This document shows positions 50,186 through 63,382 of a stretch of 64,000 nucleotides of DNA, piece after piece. The stretch covers positions 162,105,882 through 162,169,881 of the forward strand of contig NC_068982.1 in NCBI RefSeq assembly GCF_001194135.2, in the 5' to 3' direction. The notes under the pieces are model-generated. The model did no database searches. It saw nothing but the letters and a program-made list of their open reading frames with translations, and was not told where the DNA came from. This stretch comes from Octopus bimaculoides (Eukaryota). The translations under genes and the position numbers were made by a program. Position 1 is the first letter of the stretch; each line of letters begins with the position of its first letter.

Positions 50186-51605
50186 TAAGTTTTTAAGGGC
50201 TTTGTTCTTTCTTTTAGTATTACTTCTTTTTTTTTTTAATTTCATTTCCACTGTTGTACCCTTTGGGTGGGGTTAACCTGCAAACCTCTATACTAAACTT
50301 TTTCTTAAGTTTTAGCAGATTTACAACTGTCACACCTGTTTTCTACATCTAGTTACCCTGCTTTATTAATGTAGCCCCTTACTAATTGTTGCATTACACT
50401 CTGTTTCATTACTATTATCAGCAGTAAGGTTATTTTGTTTTAATGTGACCAGATTCTACCACTGAATATTCTTATCAACTCTACATAGAATATGTACTAA
50501 GTTCTACATTTTATGACTATTGCTTAGTGTAAATGGCCAGTTAAGACTTATTTGAAAACCTTACTATCTGCAGATTTCTGAATATCCGTTACCTCTTTAG
50601 AAAATATGATTATATATAATATGAATATTTATCTTTGTTATAATTACTACCCACATATATTTTTACAGCTTTCAGTCACCCTGTACAACAGTCCCCATGT
50701 TACTACCATGTATCTACAACTGTTTGTTCCGCTATTTGTATTACTAAATATGTATCACATTCTATAAATAATACAACTTGCTTTCACCTTGCACATACAC
50801 ACACTCTGTTTACTTTTCTTACATATATCCTACCTGCACATGCAACCAGCAGTTATATTGTGCAAACCATTGTGTATTCAATCAACTGCAGTTATTGCCC
50901 TGTACAGATTACAATGTATTTACCACGTCAACTAGTGCAAGCTGTTACATTGTACAAATCTCTGCACATCTATTATAGCTACTAACTGCAGTCACATATT
51001 ACTCTGAAAATATTGTACATTGATGTAACAACTGGTGGTTTGGTTCCTTGAACAGGGCACTATGTTAGAAAGTGGCAGTTATGACTGTATAAGAAGGGAA
51101 AGGCGATGTAACTGTGTGGGCACCCAATTCAGTGTAATTCCCATCCCTCTCATTTGCGCGCACACACACACACACACACACACATGAATATATTTTTTTT
51201 ATTATTCAATAGATTGCTGCAGTTGTGAAGATTAAGCATCGATTAAACAGTGAAGGTAGTTCCCCAGTGCAACTACCAGTTCCTTACCTTAATGCTACCA
51301 TCAGTTACATAGCCCCCTTATACTGCCATCAATTAGATTACCCACTCCTATACTATCATCAATCTATGTTCAGTAATAATAGTTGGTTACAAAATCAAGT
51401 CAGTCTTTATATGAACACCTGATCTAGATTTATCACCACCTTGCTAACAAATAAACTACAAAAGGATACCTAGAGGTCTTGTAAAATACACAGGACATCT
51501 ATATATTGTTTTGTATTTTATATACACATGTAGTGGGGTGGGTTTTTCATAATGTATTCCTTAGAAAGAAAATGTGTTTCTTCTGATGTTCATCACCTAT
51601 ATATA

Positions 51606-51647
<42 letters not shown>

Positions 51648-51657
51648 NNNNNNNNNN

Positions 51658-51700
<43 letters not shown>

Positions 51701-52016
51701 TAGAATTAGAAATAGTACAGTATTATATACTTGATACAGTATCATATATTTGAAGAAATGAATAAGAATGGCTTTTTGGATAATTTTTCTACTTTAATAA
51801 TTAGATGTTATAAATCATTAAGTGTTTATTCAAAACAGTCATAATTTGTAAATACCTAATGATTTATAAACATCTAATTATTAAAGTGGAAAAAATATCA
51901 GAAAAGTCATTCCTATTCATTTCTTCAATGTGTGTGTACGCACACACATCCATTCCTTGCAAGCAGCCTGCAACTAGTGAGATCAACCCTGTGGATCAAG
52001 GAGTAGATTGTTTGGT

Positions 52017-52072
52017 TTAAAAGCATAACTCCTTCCATACACCTTAGTGTATGGAGGGAGTTGTGCTTTTAA
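52017..52072. repeat. 56-nt hairpin, 26-bp stem, 4-nt loop
   Basis: TTAAAAGCATAACTCCTTCCATACAC-CTTA-GTGTATGGAGGGAGTTGTGCTTTTAA; the only two non-Watson-Crick pairs are G:U. Confidence 0.9.
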
Positions 52073-53878
52073 TGTATACTTTTTTATATATATATATATA
52101 AATAATAAAAAAAACAAAGAACAAGCACAAGAAAAAAAACAACGCGAGTATTAGCAGATGCTCAGGGAAGGAAAGAAAGGTGGTTTATATATATATATAT
52201 ATATAAATTCAGTCAAACTAAAGAATACCACAATTTTAATAAAATAAACAATTGACTTATATGTGTGCAAAATGGCACACATTATCTGATTTCTGTGTTG
52301 TTGTTGTCATTGTGTGTGCATGCAGCTTTTCAGACACCTTAATTTTTTATTTTTTTTTTGTAGAACTGGCATAATTCTTTATGTGTAGTTTCTAATTTAG
52401 GGGAAATATAATTGTATATTATCGTTAAGGAAATCATTGTTATTGTTGTATGAATTAGAATTGGTAATGCTGGTTAAAATACCTTGGGATGCTTTGATTT
52501 ATGTCCTTTTACTGACTGGGTTGAAGTTAACTTTTCATCTTTCCTGGGTCAATAGAGTAAAGTACCTGTTGAGAACTGGGGGTGATTAAATCGACTTCAC
52601 CTCTCCCTAAAACTGCAGCTCTATCTTAGTTAAAAGAAATCTTTATGAAAAAAAAATCATCATCATCATTATCATCGTCGTCGTCATTGCTGCTGCTATG
52701 ATTTCTGTGTATGTAAGAAATCAGATATGCCTGTATATGTGTATATCTGATTGCTTACTTAGGTAAATAAGTTTTTGATTCTGTGAGTGTAGCAACTTCA
52801 GTGACGGTGAAAATAGTAACGTAGCTCTTCTTGTGTTACTGAAACTAGAACTACATAGCTTTACTTCATTCCTTCACTGACGTCAATCAATGAAACACAG
52901 TATGTAATGAAATGGTGCTTTGAGAGGTTACACATTTATGATCAATGTTATTGACAGATCACCCATAGACAATATCAATGAATTATATGTTTTAACAGAT
53001 GGGTGCTCTTTTTACTACTAACCTCTTATCTATGAATTTGAAAACTTGCCTATTTTTTCATTTAGACAGACAGGTAGTGTAATGTGGATTTACTTGGCCT
53101 GGGACACAGCATCTAAATCTATATAATGATGAAAAATAATATAGTTATATAGTATTAACACATATGAGTGTTAATAGATTTAGATCGAACATAACTCTGT
53201 TAAATAAGAAGATATGAAAAATATGAGAAATCCTGTTAAATCCTTCAGAAGTTATGACTGACAGTTGCTAGTATTCTTGATTTTGTCAATACTCATATTT
53301 AATATTCTTATTTGTGGACTTTATCATCACATGTACAGTCTCCAACTGAAGACTATACTATCACATGAATGAACCATCCTTTCGTGTGAAGGACCGTCTC
53401 ATCACATGGGGGCCGTCCAGTAATGTGAGGACTATTGTCTTGGTAAGACTGTTCAGAGATCAGGAATCTACATTAATGTTGCTATTGTTATATAACTAAG
53501 AACATAATGCTTCACATAATAAGTTTAGTAGTCAGCTGATAAACTGACTTTGTCTCCAGAACTCAGTTATTTAAAAGAGCTGTTTAACAATTAAGAGAAT
53601 ATTATGCCATTTTCATATGTGCTTTTTGTGCTAGACTGTTGATGGTCAGTAGACTTAAATTAACTATAAGTCTAAGATGTGAACTGTTAGTGACCAATAA
53701 ATGTTGACCGCTAGTTGTCAGTAGACTAAATTAATTCTAGGTCTTAAATATAAACTGCTAATAGACAATAGACTAAATTATAGTAAAAAACCACAAATGT
53801 TAGACACCATTAAAGTACACATTGTCTTTATTGGTAACTTAAAATCTACCAATAAATCTGCTTTTCTAGTTGTCTTTA

Positions 53879-54090
53879 TTACTGCACAGTTTACAGTTCC
53901 TGCTACACAGGTTATGATAAAACTGCATATTTTATGTTTACTGCACAGTTAATGATGTTACAGCACAGTTTACAATTTTACTGCACCATTTGTGATGTTA
54001 CTGATCAGTTTAATTCCATTATTGCACAATTTGTGGTGTTACTGTTCAATTTACAATGTCACTGCACAGTTTATATATTGTTTATTGCTG
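53879..54090. repeat. Degenerate ~19-20-nt minisatellite
   Basis: Recurring TTACTGCACAGTT(T)A-like units. Confidence 0.6.
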
Positions 54091-54477
54091 TGATTTATGA
54101 TACTTCAGTTGTTTGCTCTTTGATCTGTAACAGTTACCCAGTATTGTGTGTGCGTGTGTGTAACATTTTATTTGTTTTCACTATTGAACTAATCGATGTT
54201 CAGTGATTTAAGACTTACACATTAACTTCAAGCAATGTTGTTTTGTTTTTCACTTGCTAGTTTGTTTCTATTTAAAATATATATATATTTTAGATATGTC
54301 CGTTCTCTATACACTGTGTTATCCTTGTTTTCATTCTGAGCATAATTTTCATTTGGTTGCATAGACTGCAAAATTGAAAGAGAGGCATATCAGCCATTAG
54401 ATCTTTTATGAATGTTTTTGTTCTATTTTTATCACTTAACTCCTCTACTCTTTAAGGACCTTGTGCTTATGCTGGGC

Positions 54478-54490
54478 ATCATCATCATCA

Positions 54491-54560
<70 letters not shown>

Positions 54561-54797
54561 GGCAGCAAGATTGCAGAATCATCAACACATCAGGCAAAAT
54601 ACTCTGAAACATTTTGTCTGTCTCTACATTCTGAGTTCAGGTTCTGCCAAGATGAACTTTGCCTTTCATCCTTTTGGGGTCAGTAAAATAAGTACCAGTT
54701 GAGCAATAGAGTCAGTGTAATTGACCCCACCCCCACCCCCAAATTCCAGGCCATGTGCCTGTAGTAGAAAAGATTATTATCATCATCATCATCATCA
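54478..54797 (+). mobile_element. Long (ATC)/(ATT)n microsatellite followed by a SINE family B copy
   Basis: About 80 nt of trinucleotide repeat (the poly-I ORF), then the AAGGCAGCAAGATTGCAGAAT head. Confidence 0.8.
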
Positions 54798-55231
54798 TTG
54801 GGAGTGTATTAGGCTGGAGAATCAAGGTAGCACCAGACAAAATACTTTGTATTATTTAGTTGTAGAGCTCTTTATGTTCTGAGTTCAAGTCTTGTTATGA
54901 CTGACTTTTTCTTTCTTTCCAGATCAAAAACATACCAGTTTTAGGATTACTCTAAATGGGAAATCTCCCTTTCTACAAATTTTTTCATCTTGTGCCTATC
55001 TTTGAAATCCTTATCACAATAATTTCAGAATATCTGGTTTATGAGCCTTCTACTCTGATGTATTTGTTGACTAACAAGACTTAGCCATTACCCATGTAAT
55101 ATACTGTTGAGATCTACTCAAGGTTATTTTGATAGCATTTAAGAAAACTGGCCTTTTCTTAGTATCATTTACTTCCAACAAAGTTTATTTCATCATTTTC
55201 ACTTTTATCAACTTTCTTTTCACTTTTATAG

Positions 55232-55446
55232 GAACAAACTGAGCCTGGTTCAACATCAGCTTCTTCATCATTAACTCAAGCTAATACCACTACTACTAAT
55301 ACTACAACTAGCACAACTGCTGGAAGTGGAGATCAATCAGAAACAACAGAAGAGCAGACAAAGGGTTCGAGTGGTGGTGGGGGAGGAGGAGGCAGCAGCA
55401 GCAGCGGAGATGTAGCAAATAAAGAAAAATATATTCTTAAAAGAAA
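55232..55446 (+). CDS. trio: Trio exon D (phase 0 to 2): T/S/G-rich linker ending KEKYILKR(N)
   Basis: CTTTTATAG acceptor and AA|GTAAGT donor; open frame that joins exon E as AA+T = Asn, giving KRNYVIKELVETE. Confidence 0.9.
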
Positions 55447-57439
55447 GTAAGTACTGTCAGTAAGAAAGCTTTCCATTAGTTTTTTATCTGCACAAATATT
55501 CCCAAATATGATATTGTTTGATACATAGACATTATAAATAACAATCTGAAAGGCCCACTGCCAGGTCTCAACCCATGTATCTATAATTTACTGAGCAATA
55601 CATATATAATTTACTGAGCAATAGATATATCTTGTCCAGAGACGTATGACATTTTTTTATCGCAAATTATTGCTTTATAATATCTAATATAATTTACATA
55701 AACATCTCAACAGTTGATACATCAGATTGTGTTTATATCTGGGACACAAGACTGGATTGTATAATTAAAGGGGATATAGTGTTAAGAAACCAAAGTAGGT
55801 ATGAATTATATATTTTTGCTATAGACCTGTGTTTGTGTAGCAAACTAGTTGTGTTTATGTTTCATATTAGTGAAAATAGAGATGCTTTATCCATTTGTCA
55901 GAAAGATACTGGTAATAAATGAAAACATGCCAAGGCCACATCCAAAGAGGGCAACCCAACTAATTGGTATGCAGTAATGTACCAACACCCTTCACCATCT
56001 AGCTCTTTGACATGGTATTACCTTGTTTTATCAAGGGTGAATTGGTAGAGTTATTGGAATATCTGAGAGAATGCCTAACAATATTTATCCTAACTTTCTT
56101 TGCTCTGAGTTCAAATCCCACCAAAGTCAACTTTATTTTTCATTCTTTCAGGGTTGATAAAAAATGTACTAGGCTAGATAGTTTACAGTATTTGCTCCAA
56201 CTCTGTGTTCTAAGTTGAAATTCCACTATGGCCTATTTGGCTGATAGACTTTTAATCTGTCATCTGGTTTAATACCACCACTGCCTTTACATTGTCCACT
56301 CTGTTGCAAGCACTTGGGCCAGGTCTCTGATTTGAGGATATCTCCNNNNNNNNNNCCTCCATATACTCACAGTTTCAGAAGCCCAAACATTGCCTTCCCT
56401 CCAGACTTATATATAAAATGTGTTTTATAATTATAACTCTTTAGAGCTGACTTGTATTTTATCCATGATCTTCTCAAGCCTCACATCAACTATTTTTTTT
56501 TTGTCTTCCACTGCAACACATCAGCCCCTTTGGAATTTTCTTCTTCTTCTTCATGTTTCTCCTACAATTGTAAACTGGGGGCTGTTCAAGAGGAACATTA
56601 ACAAATTCAGTCTCCTTGTTCTTGAAGGGCCTGCAAATGTCATTAGCAAAGCTCTTTCTTCAAGAACAAATCATTAAAAAAAATGTAAAGAGATTTGAAA
56701 CATAGTCAGTGGAACTGCTGTTGTTGATACTTAGTGATATCATGCTGTTTTAATCCAAGTCATACATGTTATCTCTCTACTTCTTAACTCCTCTTTAGCT
56801 CATCAGAAGAAATGAAGCCATAACTGGTCATTGTATTTAGGTCTATCTGACATGCAAGTGGATAGCCAAAGCTGTAAGGCTATTGATAACTGTGTTAGGT
56901 TTGAACTGGATTTAAATACCATTCTCAGATTAATTATTTAGTTCCACATCAACACATGGTTAAGTATAAGCAATTTCTGTTGTTTCTAATAAAATTTATC
57001 AGCTTAACCACCACTCTCACTACCACTACAACCACCATTATCATTACAATTATCATCAACCAGAACCACCACATCATTATCATAAAACAAACACCACAGC
57101 CATCACAAACATCACTGCAACCATCACCACCTTCAAAAACCTTCAGTTTGTTTTGGTGTGTAAGTCTGGACCCAACTCCATCTTTTGGTTTTATTTCCAG
57201 CAATGTGTATCTATATAAACTTGTAACATGTGGAATGTTGATTGAGTAGACCTGTGGTCAAAGGCTTTCTTGCCATAACCATCCAGTCTATTGTCTCAGA
57301 TTACATTATACCTACTTTCTCATTCCATTTCTTTTTCTTTGAAGACAAAGAGTATGTGTGATTTGAGAAAGATTTAACTGCTGTTCACTCATTCGTCATT
57401 GATATAGCCTTCAGTAACAATACTTGTTTCTCTTTTCAG

Positions 57440-57506
57440 TTATGTGATAAAAGAGTTGGTTGAAACTGAGAAGGATTATGTTAAAGACCTTGGTCTTATT
57501 ATTGAG
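57440..57506 (+). CDS. trio: Trio exon E (phase 2 to 0): start of DH2, YVIKELVETEKDYVKDLGLIIE
   Basis: CTTTTCAG acceptor and GAG|GTAAGT donor; canonical DH helix 1 motif ELVETExDYVxDL. Confidence 0.96.
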
Positions 57507-58471
57507 GTAAGTTCATATTAAACATTGAGAATGTATCTGTCAACTTTAATATAAAATGAACTCTACATGTACATGGGGAGATTGTGTATGTAACTGTCAT
57601 TTGAGATGGTAGCTATATACAATTAGTTAACATCCTGTGTTAAATAGATGCACATTTTTGACTGTAGAACATTCTGGTAGATATACGTTTGGGTAAAGCA
57701 ACTATAGGTATTGGAAAATTTGTCATTGTTATATCACTATGTCTGGCCTTAAGGTTGTTGTTGAGCACCAGGTCAATCCTGATGCAAGTCATTGTATTTA
57801 GGTCTATCTGACATGTAAGTGAATAGCCAAAGCAGAAGGGCTGTTGATAACTGTGTCAGGTTTGAACTGGATTTAAATACCATTCTTAGATTAATTACTT
57901 AGTTCCACACCAACACATGGTTAAGTGTAAACAATTTCTGTTGTTTCTAATAAAATTTACCAGCTTAACCATCACCCTCACTACCACTACAACCACTGAA
58001 ATAATTCTATTTGTGATAATCCCATTTTTTATTCTGATATAGTGCATCTTGGATTTGTGTATGTTGTGGTTAAGAAGCTTGCTTTCCAACCACGTGATTT
58101 TCGATTCAATCCCACTGCATGACACCTTGGACAATAGTCTTTTATTGAAGCCCTGTAGGTAGATTTGGTAAACAGGAGCTGAAGGAAGCCCGGTGTGCAT
58201 GTGTGTGTGTGTGTGTGTCTCTTTGACTTGACATTGTGCAGTAGTTGTAAGCAAGCTTCACCATCATACAAGCAGTGTTGTTCGTTTCCAGTTTTCTGTG
58301 AAAGCATGTCCAACTATAGGGAAATATTACCTTGCTTGGAAACAAGTGAGGGTTGGTGACTTGAAAGGCATCCAGCAATAAAAAATATGCCTCAACAAAT
58401 TCTATCTGAGCCATGCAAGCAACAAAAAATACACCACCTGTCTTCGTCTGTTGTATTTTCGTGAATTCTCC

Positions 58472-58523
<52 letters not shown>

Positions 58524-58689
58524 TCGTTTAACATCTGTTTTCCATGGATGGTTTGAAAGGAGCTGGAGAGCTGTCCAAGCTCCAATTGTCTGTTTTGGCA
58601 TGGTTTCTATGGCTAGATGCCCTTCCTAACGCCAACCACTTTACAGAGTGTGCTGGGTGCTTTTTATGTGTTACTGGCATGAGTGTGGT

Positions 58690-58725
<36 letters not shown>

Positions 58726-59035
58726 TAAATTATTGAAAATTGCCTTGGTGCTTACGGGTTTTCAGTTAGCTAGTCAAATAGTTTGTTGAGGAAGGTCTTG
58801 CTGCAACTTTATATGGTATCAATGACTTACATTTAGTTTGTCATTTAGTTTGTGACTCATCCTATATTGTTTATCTTTTGTTGTAAACTATTCAGTTTGT
58901 CAGATTTTCTGAACGTACTTTCATTGCATATTATTTCATCTGTATTGCTATCATTATTCTCATCGTTATCATCATAATCATCATGTTTGTATTCCGATAT
59001 GACAGTTTTATGTAATAAATTTCTGTTGTATTCAG

Positions 59036-59139
59036 GGCTACATGGGCTACCTAAAAGAGAATCCATTGAGAGACGGCATGGAAGGAAAGGATAAGATTAT
59101 ATTTGGTAATATTCATCAGATATATGATTGGCATCGAGA
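59036..59139 (+). CDS. trio: Trio exon F (phase 0 to 2): [34 protein letters not shown](E)
   Basis: TATTCAG acceptor and GA|GTAAGT donor; [17 protein letters not shown] is diagnostic of the Trio/Kalirin GEF2 (RhoA-type) DH domain. Confidence 0.97.
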
Positions 59140-60201
59140 GTAAGTATCAGGTTATCTTTAGATCCTCTCTCAAACTGATATTTAACTACACATACATGCA
59201 CATTCACACATTCATAGATTGATATACACACACATCCACACACATACCTACATTCACTTAATCACTCTCAAATTCATACTCACACTCATTCACATCCACA
59301 CACTTGCAAGTATATTCTTATACATACTTACATGTGTGTGTGTGTGTGTGTGTGTGTAAATTTACAAATAAAATGTACTCAGTATTGCACCAGAGTATAG
59401 TTATTTATGGAGTGTTGAAATTTGCAATTAGTTATGTAGGTAATGATCCTCCAATTCATATGACTCATTCATGTGAGCAAACTCTAAATTGCTTGCTAAT
59501 TCATTCTTTGGAAATAATTATTATATATCATATTGCAGCTGCAAATTTGTCAACAACTATTACTCGGTTTATTTGACAGTACCCGCCTCCTCTGCACATA
59601 TGCCATGGCTGCCCTTCATAGAGTGGGTTGACTGCATTTGACTGCCACAGTACTATTTTGGAGAAGGGAGTTGTCTGATGGCCACGTCTCTCTCTCTCAT
59701 ATATATATAGCCACTCACACACACATACACACATACATTGTTGTTAATGCGCCAGGATAGGGGTTGGATAATCCAGATGCCACCAAATATTCACATGCAA
59801 AATTAATGTTAATAAAGTGATTAAAATGTCAAGTAGTGTAAGATGAGGTGAAGTAGAATTCTTGTAGCAGATCTCTTCTCTAGAAAATAACAAAGAGTCA
59901 CTAACTGAAACAATAGAACTCTCAGTGAGAAGAAGTCTGTGTGGAGTTGCTTGACCTACTAGAAATAGCAGGCAAATCCTCAGATCACACTTTATTATCT
60001 TAGAAAAGTGAGAACACAATGGATAATGTGTGCTTGGGAAAAAGACAGAATGGTCAACATTTGGAATATCCTTGATTATATTTCTGCATGATCAAAGTTA
60101 CCTGTGGCTAAATAGCAACATACAATTTTCAGATCCTTGCAACACAATAAATATTCCTGCTTCTGAACTTTATTGAGCTGACATTTGCCAGTATAAACAC
60201 A

Positions 60202-60290
<89 letters not shown>

Positions 60291-60386
60291 CCCCCTCTGC
60301 TTTCTTTCATTAGTTTCATCAGTCTTTTTTTTTATATTGTTTATCCACTGTGTGTTATTTTTTTATTTATTTATTTTTCTTTTCAG

Positions 60387-60456
60387 AATATTTCAACCTG
60401 AATTAGAAAAATGTATAGAAGAACCTGATAAGTTAGGATCTGTGTTTGTAAGATAT
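60387..60456 (+). CDS. trio: Trio exon G (phase 2 to 0): IFQPELEKCIEEPDKLGSVFVRY
   Basis: Long polypyrimidine tract plus CAG acceptor and TAT|GTGAGT donor; matches FFLGELEKCLEDPEKLGSLFVKH. Confidence 0.95.
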
Positions 60457-60932
60457 GTGAGTATCTTTAACTCTTTGTTACTAATTCACAGTTACTAGTA
60501 ATTAATATGGTAATAAGTTATCTACATTTGAAGGATACTTTTTCTAGTTATCAACAGTGTTTCAGTAAACTTTATACTATTGTGCTAGTTTCTACCAACA
60601 GTACAGAAGTAAATATTACTGTATACCACAGTACTATCAGTCAACTTGGCATCAGTAAACATCACTACATAATTACTATTGCACTAGTCACTATCATCTC
60701 TAGAGAAGCAAAGAATACTACTGTACTAGTTTCTACAAGCAGTACAGGAATACTAGTTTCAACATATTAGTGTACTACTGACAGTGCAGAAATAACCTAC
60801 ATTATACTACTGTACTAGTTACTAGTTACTAGTTACAGTAGACAAGTAAACAATACTATACACTATTCTAATATCTATTAACAGTACATAGTAAACAATA
60901 CTGGATATTATTGAATTATACTTTTCCAAGTA

Positions 60933-61718
60933 CAAATTAAATACACTTAAAGCAAGTTTAATTAAGCTCAAAGTAAATTAAAATGGCACCATCAGACTTT
61001 TGATGTCTTTATCTAATGAGTAATAAATTACAGTTCAATTTTAAACCTTCGTAAGAATAATCTATTTTGGAAATACATAACACAGCTACTGTTATCATAA
61101 ATACAACTGTTTCAGTGAAATCATTCTTCAGTCAAGATGTCTTACTGTATAGATTGTTGAGATGCAGTCAGTCCTTACATTGAATGTAAATGTTAATTGT
61201 TGGCATTCATTTAAATCACTCGAGTGACTCAGTATTTTCATGTTCAATCTTCTGGACTTTGTTATGGACAGCTCTGCAATACAAATATGGTACACAGTCT
61301 CTACTTACCCAATTATATGCTATTGTCTTAAAACCATGTACAATAGCAATAGAGTCCCAGTCTTCTCATTCAGTAGCAGACAGTACATGCATACAAGTTT
61401 CAAGTGCAAGCTTCTTGTATGCCCCACACCCACTTGCTTCCCTGTTTGACACAGTACTTGTAACTTGAGATAAGCTATCTTGCTCTGAGACTGGCTTTCA
61501 TCAACTGTAAGTAAACACAGCATTGAAAACCTAAGTCAAATGATGAAATGAATTCAAGCTTGAAACAAAATAGCATAAGACCTAACAATTTAAGATATAG
61601 ACATCTGTTGTTTTATCTCATTATCTGCTATTTAATTTGCTCAGTGGTAATTTTAGTTTGCTTCAAGGTTATTCTAATTTGTTTCAAGATTAACATGCTT
61701 CGAGTTTATTTTAATTTG
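60933..61718 (-). mobile_element. Internally deleted IS630-like element (second family), TA TSD
   Basis: TA|CAAATTAAATACACTTAAAGCA ... TGCTTCGAGTTTATTTTAATTTG|TA; minus-strand remnants GAYKKLALETCMHVLSATE*EDWDSIAIVHGFKTIAYNWV and RHLD*RMISLKQL resemble an IS630-like N-terminal HTH region. Confidence 0.65.
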
Positions 61719-63382
61719 TACCTGCGGAGGTATACATTCATACATGTCAACATTACATAGTAAGCATCATTATATACTGCTGTATTCATTTCACAAGATA
61801 CATGATCACTTCAATAGGTAAGAAGAGTCTAATAAACTGGAACACTCTATTAAACTAAGAAGTATTGAGAGAACTGTTTAATTACGATTTTATATTGTAT
61901 CAAGTGTTTAGTTGTATCTATATATCTGGTATGTATTGTTTGATATTTCTAGAAGAATGCAGATGAGAGTAATGCAGTTATTAATCAGTTACAGTTGTTT
62001 TGCTATTTAGTGGAAATTTTACATCAATGAAAAAAGTTATGTAAACTCATATAATATTAAATGAAATTTTCCACCAACCATCTCTGTCATTCTTGGTGTA
62101 AATGTAATACTAACATATGTAGCTGATATTGGTTAAACAAATATGAGAAAACAAGCTGCTTATAAGATCATAGTAATGAATTAAATAGTAAGTTATTGCA
62201 CTATCAGGGAGACACTCAAATGGAGCAACTGTGAAGACAAAGTATCATCTTAGTTCCCATTCATTGGAGCTATTGTAAACTTCCATATTTAGGGAACTAA
62301 AAATTTATTGTATGCATGTATACTAGTGGAGAGATAAGTAGACTAAGAAAATATGATGGAGAAGTTGAAAGAGGTGAGAGTTTACTAATATATTCTAAAA
62401 AGTGCCATTAATAAGAGGAAGAAAAATATAAAGAGAAAATCAGGACAGATAAGATTTAAAGGATGAAAACAGCTAATTAGAATAACAGTACAGAATACAG
62501 TTGTAAGGCTACTACTAGAATTATGGTTTGATATTATTAGATGAATTAGATCTGAAATTAAATAAAATTATTAGTTAAAAAATAAAAAATTAGCTATTCA
62601 AGAAAAATTTTAAGTTGGAAATTAAGATGGTGAGAACATTTTATATGGAATCATTTGTGATAAGAACTGGAGTAACACAAAGAATAAGAATGTTATTTTT
62701 AATTCTTATTAAAACTAAGTGAGTTAGCTAAATGGAATTTCAATAAAGTTTTATTGAATTGGTGGGAACAACAGGTCAATAATTCAAAACCCTTATTAAT
62801 TAGAACTGCCCTACACCTGATAATTTTAAGTGCTTCCATAGAACATAAATTACAACTATACCCACTCCTTTTGTATGGAAATGCAGTATGTATAATTGAC
62901 TACAAAATTGAGTTAATATTTCTCTCTTTGAGATCCCAGATAAATTTATCTAGTGAGGTACTCAGGTCTTTCTTTTGTTACTAAAGCAATGTATATGTTT
63001 ATGTAAGTATATGTTTATGTGATCTAAATTCAAAACAGTTATACACTAAATACTTCTAAGACATTGTTTATTTAAAGGCATCTATTTTGATCCCTATAAT
63101 TACACATACTGTTAGGTGTATTATCTGAAGAGATATTGTATACTGCATTAGTATTATTGTTATAGCTGAAAGGGGACTCTAAAGTGCAAGTGTTATTTAT
63201 ACCAGATAGAGGTATATCATTCCCAAAGGATTGAGTATTGTACTTGCTATATGAAAGATTAACATCATGTTTTTCATTACTAATACTATTTAATTTCCTA
63301 TTGTTAATAGCTGCAATATTTTCAGCTAACTTAGGTGTGGTAAAATGTATGAACTTCCCAGTGTATCAAAGATTTTACTATA

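Noticed and set aside
54412-54702. Poly-Ile, IYIY, VCVC, ERER and poly-Asp ORFs throughout the window
   Set aside because: They are translations of microsatellites, with no splice or homology support.
58857-59066. Acidic minus-strand ORF overlapping exon F
   Set aside because: It derives from (ATC)-rich intron sequence and the antisense of the real exon; no independent support.
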